Assembly (NCBI GenBank): GCA_029861865.1
Contig: JAOTYL010000001.1
Span: 498,536 to 562,535 of the forward strand
Length of the DNA stretch: 64,000 nt
Direction of reading: 5' to 3'
From: Myxococcales bacterium
GTDB lineage: Bacteria > Myxococcota_A > Polyangia > Polyangiales > Houyiibacteriaceae
Shown one piece after another: positions 47,023 through 55,305 of this stretch (position 1 is the first letter of the stretch; the number at the start of each line of letters is the position of its first letter). The position numbers and the translations under genes were made by a program. The notes under the pieces are model-generated. The model did no database searches and was not told the DNA's origin. It saw only the letters and a program-made list of their open reading frames with translations.

Positions 47023-48618
47023 CTAGTTGCGATAGGGATTTTGGATGTCGATATCAACCGGCTCAGGCTTGGGCTTCGGGGGTGCTGGGGCTGGTCTTGG
47101 CGCTGCCTGCCCGCCTGAGGTCGGCTCTGAGGTCGTCGCGCTGGGCTCTGGCTGAGGCCTCGGGCGCGCGCGTTTCCGCCGCGGCCGCCGAACCGGTTTG
47201 ACTGTAGATCCAGTCGACGGTTTGACCTCGGCTGGGGACCCCTGAACGACGTTCGGTGGCCGTTCGGCCGGTGCCCTGGTTTCTTCCTTGGCCGGCTCGG
47301 CTTGAGGCGCAAGGGGCTGGACGGCCTGCGCGGGAGGCTCGGTGGTGTTGGGTGCAGGCGATGCACCGAGGAGCTGCCAGACCAGGAAGGCCGCATACAT
47401 GAACACGAGCGCAGCGAGCAGCATGACGAACCACTTCAACAGGGGAGAGTCGGCGGCCGCGCGCACGATGACGGGCGTACCGTCGGTCAACATGCCCGAC
47501 ACGCTTCCATCGGGTGATAGTGTCTCGGCGCGACTGTAGGTTTGACTCGCCTGCGCAATCCCTTCACGCGGCATGGGGACCTGAGATTCGGCGAACTCGG
47601 TGCGCCCGAGCATCTCGATGGCATCTCGTACCCGCTGTCGTTCTTCTTGAAGCTTCTCTGCGTCGAGTGCCCGAACGACTTCGGCAACATCGCGCGTCTT
47701 GGCGATACCAGTTCTACCGGCGCCTGCGTCGAGCGCCTCCGCGAACTCATCTGCGCTCTGGAATCTCTCAGCGGGATCGCGGCTCAAGGCCTTCATCACG
47801 ATCTCGTCGTAGTGAGCCACGTCACCCGACAGCCTTGAAGGTGGAATGATCTCGTCGTTCAGGAGCCTGTTCAAGGTGGCGGCGTTGGTGTCCCCCTTGA
47901 ACAAGCGTCTCCCGGTGAGTGACTCCCATAGAATGATCCCGACGCTGAACAGGTCTGAACGTTGGTCGGTCTCATTCGATGAGGCCTGCTCCGGCGCCAT
48001 GTAGGAGAGCTTCCCTTTGAACTGGCCAGCGCGGGTAGATGCCATCCGAACGTCCGCCTTGGCGACACCGAAGTCGGTCAATCGTGCAATACCGTCGGTT
48101 CCGATGAGGATGTTGTGCGGCGAGACGTCGCGATGGACGAGCTTGAGTTGATTTCCATTCTCGTCGGTGAGGCGGTGCGCAGCAGCAAGCCCCTGAAGCG
48201 TGTCGACCAGCACTCTACATACGAACGGCTGGGGCAGCCGCTCTCCCTTCTTGGCAGCGCGTCCTAGGAGCGCGCCCAAGTGATTGCCCTCGATGTATTC
48301 CATGACGAGGAAGTAGCCATCGCCAGGGCTGTCACTGATGTCGAGCGTTGGAACGACGTTCATGTGACGAATCCTCGCAGCGAGTCGCGCCTCATCGAGG
48401 AACATAGAGATGAACTCCTGTTCGTAGGCTAGGTGCGGGTGCAGGACCTTGATCGCGACGAGCCGTTCGAACCCGGCCACCCCCTGTGCCCGCGCCACGT
48501 AAACGGATGCCATGCCACCCGACGCAAGCTGCGTCAGGATCTCGTATCGTCCAAGCTGCCGACCAGCCACCGGTCGCGAAATGCGATCGCCTTCCGGTAT
48601 GCCGGCAGGCGCGTTCAT
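47023..48618 (-). CDS. Ser/Thr protein kinase (Hanks type, catalytic motifs intact) with TM helix and Pro/basic-rich tail
   Basis: Gly loop LASGGMASVY, VAIKVL, HRDVSPHNIL, DFGVAK, YMAPE. TM helix WFVMLLAALVFMYAAFLVW. Confidence 0.9.
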   Translation of the reverse strand: MNAPAGIPEGDRISRPVAGRQLGRYEILTQLASGGMASVYVARAQGVAGFERLVAIKVLHPHLAYEQEFISMFLDEARLAARIRHMNVVPTLDISDSPGDGYFLVMEYIEGNHLGALLGRAAKKGERLPQPFVCRVLVDTLQGLAAAHRLTDENGNQLKLVHRDVSPHNILIGTDGIARLTDFGVAKADVRMASTRAGQFKGKLSYMAPEQASSNETDQRSDLFSVGIILWESLTGRRLFKGDTNAATLNRLLNDEIIPPSRLSGDVAHYDEIVMKALSRDPAERFQSADEFAEALDAGAGRTGIAKTRDVAEVVRALDAEKLQEERQRVRDAIEMLGRTEFAESQVPMPREGIAQASQTYSRAETLSPDGSVSGMLTDGTPVIVRAAADSPLLKWFVMLLAALVFMYAAFLVWQLLGASPAPNTTEPPAQAVQPLAPQAEPAKEETRAPAERPPNVVQGSPAEVKPSTGSTVKPVRRPRRKRARPRPQPEPSATTSEPTSGGQAAPRPAPAPPKPKPEPVDIDIQNPYRN

Positions 48619-49598
48619 CAGAAACGACCCTTGAGCGTGAAGGCTCCGCCTCTCTTCGTGACTCCGACCGCAGGCTCAACACGCCTTTTGGCCACTTCTC
48701 GGGACTCATTCTTCCAGTTGGTGAAGACCCCCAAGACCGCCGTCGTCGCTGCCATCCCAGCGGTGACACCGATCAAGATGTTCGTTCGTCGCTCCTTGCT
48801 CCGACCGTCTTCGAGAAGCGCCTGAGCCTCCTCAGCAGGAGTCGGTGAGCCGCTGGCATTGATACCGGGGGAATTGGCCGTGCGGGCAGCAGTCTCGTAA
48901 GCACTAAGACCGTTGTTCGCGTTGAGGCCGGACCAGATGGTGACTGCTCCGAGTGCCACGGTCGCGCCGAGCGAGCTGAAGAAGACTGAGCGTGGAATTG
49001 GCGGAGGAGGCGGCGGAAGCGGCGCAGCGAACTTGACCGTCTTCGTCGAACCCTGCTTCCCGCGCACCACTGCGGACGTCTCGCCAGCCTCGAAAGCGGC
49101 TTTGAGCGAGTGCTCTACCTCGGCAGAAACGAAAAACGTATCGTGCTGGATCAGCGCGCCGTCGAGCTCGAGGGTGCATTCCGTCGCGCACTGTGCTTTC
49201 ACTAGGACCGCGGTCGGCTTGACCGCTTCGATGACCGAGCTCGCAGGCTTCTTGGAATTTTGGTCCGTCGGGTAACGATCGCGAAGTACGAGTGCGAGGT
49301 TTGCGGCGCGGATCGTGTTGCCCGCTTTGTCATGCGCACGAACAGCCTGAAGTAGCGCGGTCGAGGTCGGCACCAATCGGTTCGCACGCTCGAACCAGTG
49401 AGCTGCGAGCTCGTATCTTTCCGCGAGGTACGCCGACGTGCCCTGGTCGTAGGCATCCGCCGCTTCGGCGCGATCGTCGACCGAGACGTCTTGCCCACCG
49501 CCCGGCACCAACTGGGCTTCGGCCACAACGGAAAACATCAAAGAGAGTGTTAGGGCGATAGAGGCCGCCCATCGCTGCTCGTAAGCCATGCTGGTCAT
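48618..49598 (-). CDS. Hypothetical secreted/membrane protein (signal peptide, TPR-like helices, PEGA-like beta segment, poly-Pro, C-terminal TM helices)
   Basis: 326-aa ORF. Signal peptide AASIALTLSLMFSVVAEA. Stop and kinase start overlap by 1 nt (TGATG). Confidence 0.55.
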   Translation of the reverse strand: MTSMAYEQRWAASIALTLSLMFSVVAEAQLVPGGGQDVSVDDRAEAADAYDQGTSAYLAERYELAAHWFERANRLVPTSTALLQAVRAHDKAGNTIRAANLALVLRDRYPTDQNSKKPASSVIEAVKPTAVLVKAQCATECTLELDGALIQHDTFFVSAEVEHSLKAAFEAGETSAVVRGKQGSTKTVKFAAPLPPPPPPIPRSVFFSSLGATVALGAVTIWSGLNANNGLSAYETAARTANSPGINASGSPTPAEEAQALLEDGRSKERRTNILIGVTAGMAATTAVLGVFTNWKNESREVAKRRVEPAVGVTKRGGAFTLKGRF

Positions 49599-49617
49599 TC
49601 GGTAAATCCCGCCTTAA

Positions 49618-49656
49618 CGATAATAAAAATATGACGAGAAGCCGAATCCGTCGTCA
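49618..49656 (-). terminator. Weak candidate intrinsic terminator/attenuator after pilT
   Basis: Minus-strand RNA: UGACGA-(13-nt loop)-UCGUCA followed by UAUUUUUAUUAU. The 5' arm includes the pilT stop codon. The stem is only 6 bp. Confidence 0.3.
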
Positions 49657-50772
49657 ACGGTGGCCCTGCTTGTAGCCCTTCTGGTCTAAATTGCTGAGCA
49701 TTTGCCGGAACTCGTCTTGCTCGGGGGAGCGGATCTCCGCGAGCTCCCGATCGAGAATCCCATGCGCAACCAGGTGCAGCAGCGACTGGTTCATCGTCTG
49801 CATGCCCGAGCTCTCCTGACCGGTCTGCATGATGCCGTACATCTGGTGGATCTTGTCCTCACGGATGAGATTCCGAATGGCCGCGTTCGGGATCAACGCC
49901 TCGCAGGCCATGGCTCGGCCGGGCCCGTCGCATCGCGGCAGCAGCATTTGACTCAACACGCCTTGAAGCACGAAAGACAGCTGTGCGCGAATCTGGCTCT
50001 GCTGGCCCGAGGGGAAGACGTCGATGATACGGTTGATCGACTGGGCGGCGGTGTTGGTGTGCAACGTGGCGAACACCAAGTGGCCGGTTTCAGAAATGGT
50101 GAGGGCGGCCTCGATCGTCTCGAGATCGCGCATCTCGCCGATGAGAACGACGTCGGGATCCTGTCGGAGGACGTATTTGAGCGCATCTTTGAAGCCCGTC
50201 GTATCGGAACCCACCTCGCGCTGATTCACGATGCAGAGCTTGTTGGAGTGTAGGAACTCGATCGGATCCTCGACTGTAACGATGTGATGGCGGTGCTCAG
50301 TGTTGATCTTGTCTATCATCGAGGCGAGCGTGGTCGATTTGCCGGAACCGGTGGGACCGGTCACCAGTACTAGGCCGCGGGGTCGCGTGCAGAGCTCTTC
50401 GACGACGGGAGGCACCCCCAATTTGGACAACGGCCGGATTTGAAACGGAATCGCACGAAACGCTCCTGTCACCGCACCACGCTGCAAGAAGACGTTTGCA
50501 CGAAAACGCGACAAGGACTTGACGCCGAACGAAAAGTCGATTTCGTGCCCTTTTTCGAAGCGTAAGCGTTGATCTTCCGTCATCACCTCATAACAGAGCG
50601 CCTTGCTCTCGCGTGGTTTCAGCGGAGGCGTCCTTAGAGGCACCAGCTGGCCATCGATGCGCAACTGCGGCGGAGAGCCCGTCGTGATGTGCAGATCGGA
50701 AGCGCCGCGCTCGACCATGAGCCTGAGTAACTGACGCAAAGTAAGAGAAGGAGCCGGTTGTGGTGCAGCCAT
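49654..50772 (-). CDS. pilT: Type IV pilus retraction ATPase PilT (canonical)
   Basis: GPTGSGKSTT, DPDVVLIGEMRDLETI, ETGHLVFATLHTNTAAQSINRI, AIRNLIREDKIHQM. Confidence 0.95.
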   Translation of the reverse strand: MAAPQPAPSLTLRQLLRLMVERGASDLHITTGSPPQLRIDGQLVPLRTPPLKPRESKALCYEVMTEDQRLRFEKGHEIDFSFGVKSLSRFRANVFLQRGAVTGAFRAIPFQIRPLSKLGVPPVVEELCTRPRGLVLVTGPTGSGKSTTLASMIDKINTEHRHHIVTVEDPIEFLHSNKLCIVNQREVGSDTTGFKDALKYVLRQDPDVVLIGEMRDLETIEAALTISETGHLVFATLHTNTAAQSINRIIDVFPSGQQSQIRAQLSFVLQGVLSQMLLPRCDGPGRAMACEALIPNAAIRNLIREDKIHQMYGIMQTGQESSGMQTMNQSLLHLVAHGILDRELAEIRSPEQDEFRQMLSNLDQKGYKQGHR

Positions 50773-50804
50773 GCGCTCAGCATATCAGAGCCCGAGGCCA
50801 TCGC

Positions 50805-52322
50805 CTAAACGGTGCGCCGCGCCCACAGGCCACGTCGGAGCCAGTCCTGGCGTCGATACGGTGAACCCACGATCTGCGCCGCGGAGACTGCGGACAAGAA
50901 CGCGCCCTCGAAGCCCAGACCGGGCGCTACTTGATCATTGCAAAGGAAGATCCCGCGCAGAGGCGTCCGTGTGGTCAGCGCACACACGCCAAGGGCTCGC
51001 CGCGTCGGGTACTCGTACACAGCTGGCATCGTGTGCGGACCACGAGCCCATGGGTCACTGCACGGAAGTTCGGTGTTGCCCTGCCATACGCTCGGAGGCA
51101 AACCATCGTGAGGACTGTCGATCCAAATCAAGTGCTCTTCGAGAAAAGGAACGACCGAACGAAGGGCGTCGAGGGCTTCCCCGCGCAAGAACCTCAGAGG
51201 CGACGAGCCAGCGTCGACGAGGTGCTCTTCGACGAGTCGACACAGCGTGAGTAAGATCTTGTCTTCCTCGACCGTACGGGATTGAAGAAGGAAGGACTTG
51301 TTGCTCGCGTCCGGTGCGCAGATCAAGCCAAGGGGCTCGAGCGCGTCTGGAACCCCACGGCGCGCCACGAGAAAGTGCACCGAGGACCGATAGGCGCGAG
51401 TACGCGGCTCCCCCACGCGCTCGAACAGCGAGGCCAACGAGGCGCGCTCGGAGACGAGCTGCAAAAGCTCCCCGATCGGCGTTCCGTGAACGATTTGGGT
51501 ACAGCCGATTTCCTCGTCGGAGCGCGCCAGACGAATGATGTACCCTCGCCGGCCTTCGTGGCCGATGCTCATCGCGCCATCGCGAGGACGCACGTCGCTG
51601 CCCCAGGACCGGATGCGCGAGAAGAGAGCTTGCTGAAGCCAAGAGCTTCCTCCCGAGAGCTGTGTGACGTCTCCGAATAGATGACCGTAGAGCCGCGCCC
51701 GGCTCGCATCCGAGTGCTGCTGGGCCAACAGCCCCGACAGATGCGAAAGGATTTCTTCGAATGCGATTCGGAGCGGATGCCTCGTTGGAAGTTGGCTCCA
51801 AGACGCCCAGCCCTGTCCCTGACGGTCGAAGCGCTGCCCCGTCGTCGCCAAAGAGAACCGCTGCCGTTCGACGAAGGTCTCGGGCGGCCATGTCAAGTTG
51901 CGTCCCACGAGGGCGTCCAGCTCCTCACGGACCTCACCAAGCGTTCGAGTGATGTCCATCGCTTGACGCTGCACCTCTGGGGCCTCGCGAGCGAGCTCAC
52001 CGGTCCACCGGTCGTCGTCGTAGAGAATGATGCGCCGATCAGGCAGGAGAAGCTGGAAGGATCGTTTTCTGTCGGGCATACGCTGGCGAATGTCTTGCTT
52101 GATCGCGAGCTCATCGAACGCGTCTTGGACCGCGGGGCTCGTGATGCCGGTCATGGTAAGCCCGTAGCGTTCGACCTCGACCTCACCCAACACATACGAC
52201 GGCGAAAGGACATTTTGACCCAGAACCAAAACGCGGAGACCGCGGCGTGCAAGCAGGGCGGCGCAAACGACCGGCCCGAGGTGCGTGCCAAGAATGACGA
52301 CGTCGTAGAAGCTCGTCGGCAC
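50805..52322 (-). CDS. Phytoene-desaturase-like (CrtI/amine-oxidase fold) protein with a degenerate dinucleotide-binding motif
   Basis: N-terminus YDVVILGTHLGPVVCAALLARRGLRVLVLGQ, where GxGxxG reads G-T-H-L-G-P. C-terminal GIFLCNDQVAPGLGFEGAFLSAVSAA resembles the FAD-fold closing motif. Confidence 0.55.
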   Translation of the reverse strand: MPTSFYDVVILGTHLGPVVCAALLARRGLRVLVLGQNVLSPSYVLGEVEVERYGLTMTGITSPAVQDAFDELAIKQDIRQRMPDRKRSFQLLLPDRRIILYDDDRWTGELAREAPEVQRQAMDITRTLGEVREELDALVGRNLTWPPETFVERQRFSLATTGQRFDRQGQGWASWSQLPTRHPLRIAFEEILSHLSGLLAQQHSDASRARLYGHLFGDVTQLSGGSSWLQQALFSRIRSWGSDVRPRDGAMSIGHEGRRGYIIRLARSDEEIGCTQIVHGTPIGELLQLVSERASLASLFERVGEPRTRAYRSSVHFLVARRGVPDALEPLGLICAPDASNKSFLLQSRTVEEDKILLTLCRLVEEHLVDAGSSPLRFLRGEALDALRSVVPFLEEHLIWIDSPHDGLPPSVWQGNTELPCSDPWARGPHTMPAVYEYPTRRALGVCALTTRTPLRGIFLCNDQVAPGLGFEGAFLSAVSAAQIVGSPYRRQDWLRRGLWARRTV

Positions 52323-52325
52323 GTC

Positions 52326-52964
52326 TTAGACTTCCGGAACCGACAGAGCTTTCGATGGATCCGTGTGAGCAGCTTTCATCTTCAGCGGGTTGAGCTCGAT
52401 GTCGCCGATGGCGATCCGATGGATGACCCCCGGCAGTAGCTGGTGCTCTTGGGACTGGATTCGCGCGTGCAGCGTTTCCGGGGTGTCGTCGGGGAGAACT
52501 GGCACCGCCGCCTGCGCGACGATGGGCCCCGTGTCTACACCATCGTCGACGATGTGCACCGTGCAACCGCTTATCCGCACGCCAGCTTCGAGGGCGTCTT
52601 TGGGCCCGTCATGACCGGGAAATGAGGGCAGCAACGCCGGGTGCACGTTGATGATTCGTCCCGGGAATCGTTCGAGAAAGGAAGGGCCGAGGATCTTCAT
52701 GAAGCCCGCGAGCACGACGAGCTCGGGACTCAGGGACGCGACCTGGTTGGCGAGCTCGATGTTCCATTGGTCTCGGTCGCCGCCCTTCTTCAAGGAGACG
52801 ACCCGCGTCGGGATCCCGCGTGCGTCCGCGAACTCGAGCGCTGCGGCACTTCGTCTGTCCGACACGACACCAACGATCCGCGCCTTGCACCTGCCGTCGT
52901 CGATCGCTCGACAGATCGCCCTGAGATTCGAACCGCGACCAGAAGCGAGAACCACCGTGTTCAT
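52326..52964 (-). CDS. purN: Phosphoribosylglycinamide formyltransferase
   Basis: VLASGRGSNL, NVHPALLP, HIVDDGVDTGPI. Confidence 0.93.
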   Translation of the reverse strand: MNTVVLASGRGSNLRAICRAIDDGRCKARIVGVVSDRRSAAALEFADARGIPTRVVSLKKGGDRDQWNIELANQVASLSPELVVLAGFMKILGPSFLERFPGRIINVHPALLPSFPGHDGPKDALEAGVRISGCTVHIVDDGVDTGPIVAQAAVPVLPDDTPETLHARIQSQEHQLLPGVIHRIAIGDIELNPLKMKAAHTDPSKALSVPEV

Positions 52965-52972
52965 GAGCGCCC

Positions 52973-53998
52973 CTAAGCCGAGAACGTGACCCCTCCGCCG
53001 TCGATCACTTCACCGATCGATAATGCACGTTCGCCGCTCTCATTGAGCGCTCCAAGCAACCGGTCCGCTTTCTTGCGGTCGACGATCACTGTGAAGCCGA
53101 TTCCCATGTTGAAGGTCCGCCGCATCTCGGTGTCGGCGATGCCGCCCCGTTTTTGGATCAGATCGAAAATCGGGTTTGGTTTCCAGGAGCTCGGGTCGAG
53201 ACGGATGCCGAGACCCTCCGGCAGGACTCGGGGAAGATTCTCCAGCAGCCCACCGCCAGTGATGTGACACATCGCGTGAACGTCGTGCTCGAGCGCGACC
53301 GTAGAGGCAGTCACGTAGATTCTGGTGGGCTCGAGCAAGACTCGCCCGAGCGCGCCTACTGGTTCGACGATCTCGTCAAGAGAGAGAGGTGGTTCCCCTT
53401 CCACCAAGACGCGTCGCGCGAGCGAGTATCCATTCGAGTGCAATCCCGAAGAGGCTAGGCCGATGACAATGTCTCCAGCTTTCACCGACGCCCCGTCGAT
53501 TATGTTCTTTCGGCTGACGACGCCCACCGCGAACCCCGCGAGATCGTATTCACCGGACGCATAGAACCCAGGCAGCTCGGCGGTTTCTCCGCCGAGAAGT
53601 GCGCATCCAGCCTGGCGGCATCCCTCGGCAATGCCGCGGACTACGGCCTCCGCCTGGTCGACGTCGAGCTTTGAGGTCGCGAAATAGTCCAAAAAGAAGA
53701 GGGGGCGCGCTCCCACGGTGATGATGTCGTTCACGCACATCGCCACGAGATCGATGCCGATTGAATCATGCCGCCCAAGCTGAAACGCCAGCTTGAGCTT
53801 CGTCCCCACGCCATCGGTGCCCGACACCAACACGGGATCGTCGATGTCCTCAGGGATTGTGCAGAGCCCAGCAAAGCCGCCTATCGCGCCCAGTACGTGT
53901 GGAGTCGCCGTGGCTTTCGCGAGCGGCTTGATTCGCTCGACGAGCTCTTCTCCGGCTTCGATATCGACGCCCGCTTCGCGGTAGGTCAACCCCGCCAT
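52973..53998 (-). CDS. purM: Phosphoribosylformylglycinamidine cyclo-ligase
   Basis: Start moved to ATG 53998 (MAGLTYREAGVDIEAG...). Motifs DGVGTKL and GGETAE. Confidence 0.95.
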   Translation of the reverse strand: MAGLTYREAGVDIEAGEELVERIKPLAKATATPHVLGAIGGFAGLCTIPEDIDDPVLVSGTDGVGTKLKLAFQLGRHDSIGIDLVAMCVNDIITVGARPLFFLDYFATSKLDVDQAEAVVRGIAEGCRQAGCALLGGETAELPGFYASGEYDLAGFAVGVVSRKNIIDGASVKAGDIVIGLASSGLHSNGYSLARRVLVEGEPPLSLDEIVEPVGALGRVLLEPTRIYVTASTVALEHDVHAMCHITGGGLLENLPRVLPEGLGIRLDPSSWKPNPIFDLIQKRGGIADTEMRRTFNMGIGFTVIVDRKKADRLLGALNESGERALSIGEVIDGGGVTFSA

Positions 53999-54025
53999 GC
54001 GGCGGAAGCTAGGCGATCGGTTGGT

Positions 54026-54057
54026 ATCGGTCAACGAGCGGCAATCCGTTGACCGAT
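54026..54057. promoter_or_regulatory. Perfect 11-bp inverted repeat (ATCGGTCAACG-N10-CGTTGACCGAT) in the purM/amidase divergent region
   Basis: Read directly: 54026-54036 atcggtcaacg; 54047-54057 cgttgaccgat. Confidence 0.4.
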
Positions 54058-54117
54058 CGAGGCTCGTCGCGTAAACACGCGGACATTCGAGGCGGGGCGA
54101 AGACACACACACTCTGG

Positions 54118-55266
54118 ATGTTGGCGCTGCTGTGGCTAAGCGGTTCCTGCGACAGCGCGCCGTCTTCACAGCCCGAAGCAGATTTGCCGGCTCCGTTTCC
54201 CGAGCTCGAGGAGCGCTCGAAGCCCGGAGGCCCAAAGGCACACCTCCAGCGCATCGACATCTATGGGACCCAGCGGCACAACACCGCCGGCGCCCGAGTC
54301 GTTCTGACCTTCGAGGGGGCGCCGCTTTTTCGCCAAAAACAGATGTCGCCCGAGGGGGTTCTGCCCGCGCGGATTGCGATCGAGCTGGTCGACACCGATT
54401 GGGGGGAGTCAGTGCCAGTCTCGCAAGCGGTGGGGCGCGGGGGCGTGGAGCGCGTTCGGCTCGCTACGCCGAATCCTCGAGTCGTCATCGACCTTCAGCG
54501 TGACGCCAAGGGTCGAGTCTTCTACTTGACCGACCCCTACCGGATCGTGATCGATGTGAGTGCGCATGGGGCGCGGCTTACGAGGAAGCGCCGCCCGGTT
54601 GTGGTTCTAGATCCAGGCCATGGCGGTGACGAGCCTGGCGCTGCGAACGACGAATACGACCTCGTCGAGGCGAAGGTCGCACTCGAAATTTCGAAGCTGA
54701 CCGCAGATCGCATCCGCGCCATCATGCCGCGCGCACGGGTGTTTCTCACGCGCGAAGATGACACAGGGCTTTCGCTCGAGGCGCGATGCGCGCTTGCGAA
54801 CGCGATGGAGGCGGATGTCTTTGCATCGATACATTTGAACGCGGGCTCAGAAGACGTTCGCAAGGGTGGCGTTACGACTTTCGTCCTCGATACGACGAAC
54901 AATCGCCAAGCGCTGCGTCTTGCCGCGCGGGAAAACGGAACGAGGGTTGCAGAGGTGAGCGGGATACAGACCCTGCTTGCCCGGCTTCACCGACGGGGCC
55001 AAACCAACGAATCGCTTCGGCTCGCTCGCAAGATTCAGCGCACGACGCTGAGCCGCGGTCGCGTCGTTCTCCCGCGATTGGCCGATCGTGGTGTTCGCCG
55101 ATCGATGTTCTACGTGCTCGTTGGCGCGAGGATGCCCGCGGTCTTGGTGGAAGCCTCGTTTCTCACCTACGAGCCAGAGGCGCGCGCACTCACGACACGT
55201 TACTACAGACGCGCGCTGGCCGACGGTATCGCCTCAGGCATCGCTTCCTACCTGCGGTCACGATAG
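54118..55266 (+). CDS. N-acetylmuramoyl-L-alanine amidase (AMIN + Amidase_3, AmiC-like)
   Basis: Signal peptide MLALLWLSGSC. VVVLDPGHGG, SIHLNA, and the VLVEASFLT region are typical of Amidase_3. The track start at 54049 (TTG) was not preferred. Confidence 0.85.
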   Translation: MLALLWLSGSCDSAPSSQPEADLPAPFPELEERSKPGGPKAHLQRIDIYGTQRHNTAGARVVLTFEGAPLFRQKQMSPEGVLPARIAIELVDTDWGESVPVSQAVGRGGVERVRLATPNPRVVIDLQRDAKGRVFYLTDPYRIVIDVSAHGARLTRKRRPVVVLDPGHGGDEPGAANDEYDLVEAKVALEISKLTADRIRAIMPRARVFLTREDDTGLSLEARCALANAMEADVFASIHLNAGSEDVRKGGVTTFVLDTTNNRQALRLAARENGTRVAEVSGIQTLLARLHRRGQTNESLRLARKIQRTTLSRGRVVLPRLADRGVRRSMFYVLVGARMPAVLVEASFLTYEPEARALTTRYYRRALADGIASGIASYLRSR

Positions 55267-55305
55267 CTTGCCCAGGCCCCGACGTACGGTCATACTCGTC
55301 GATCG

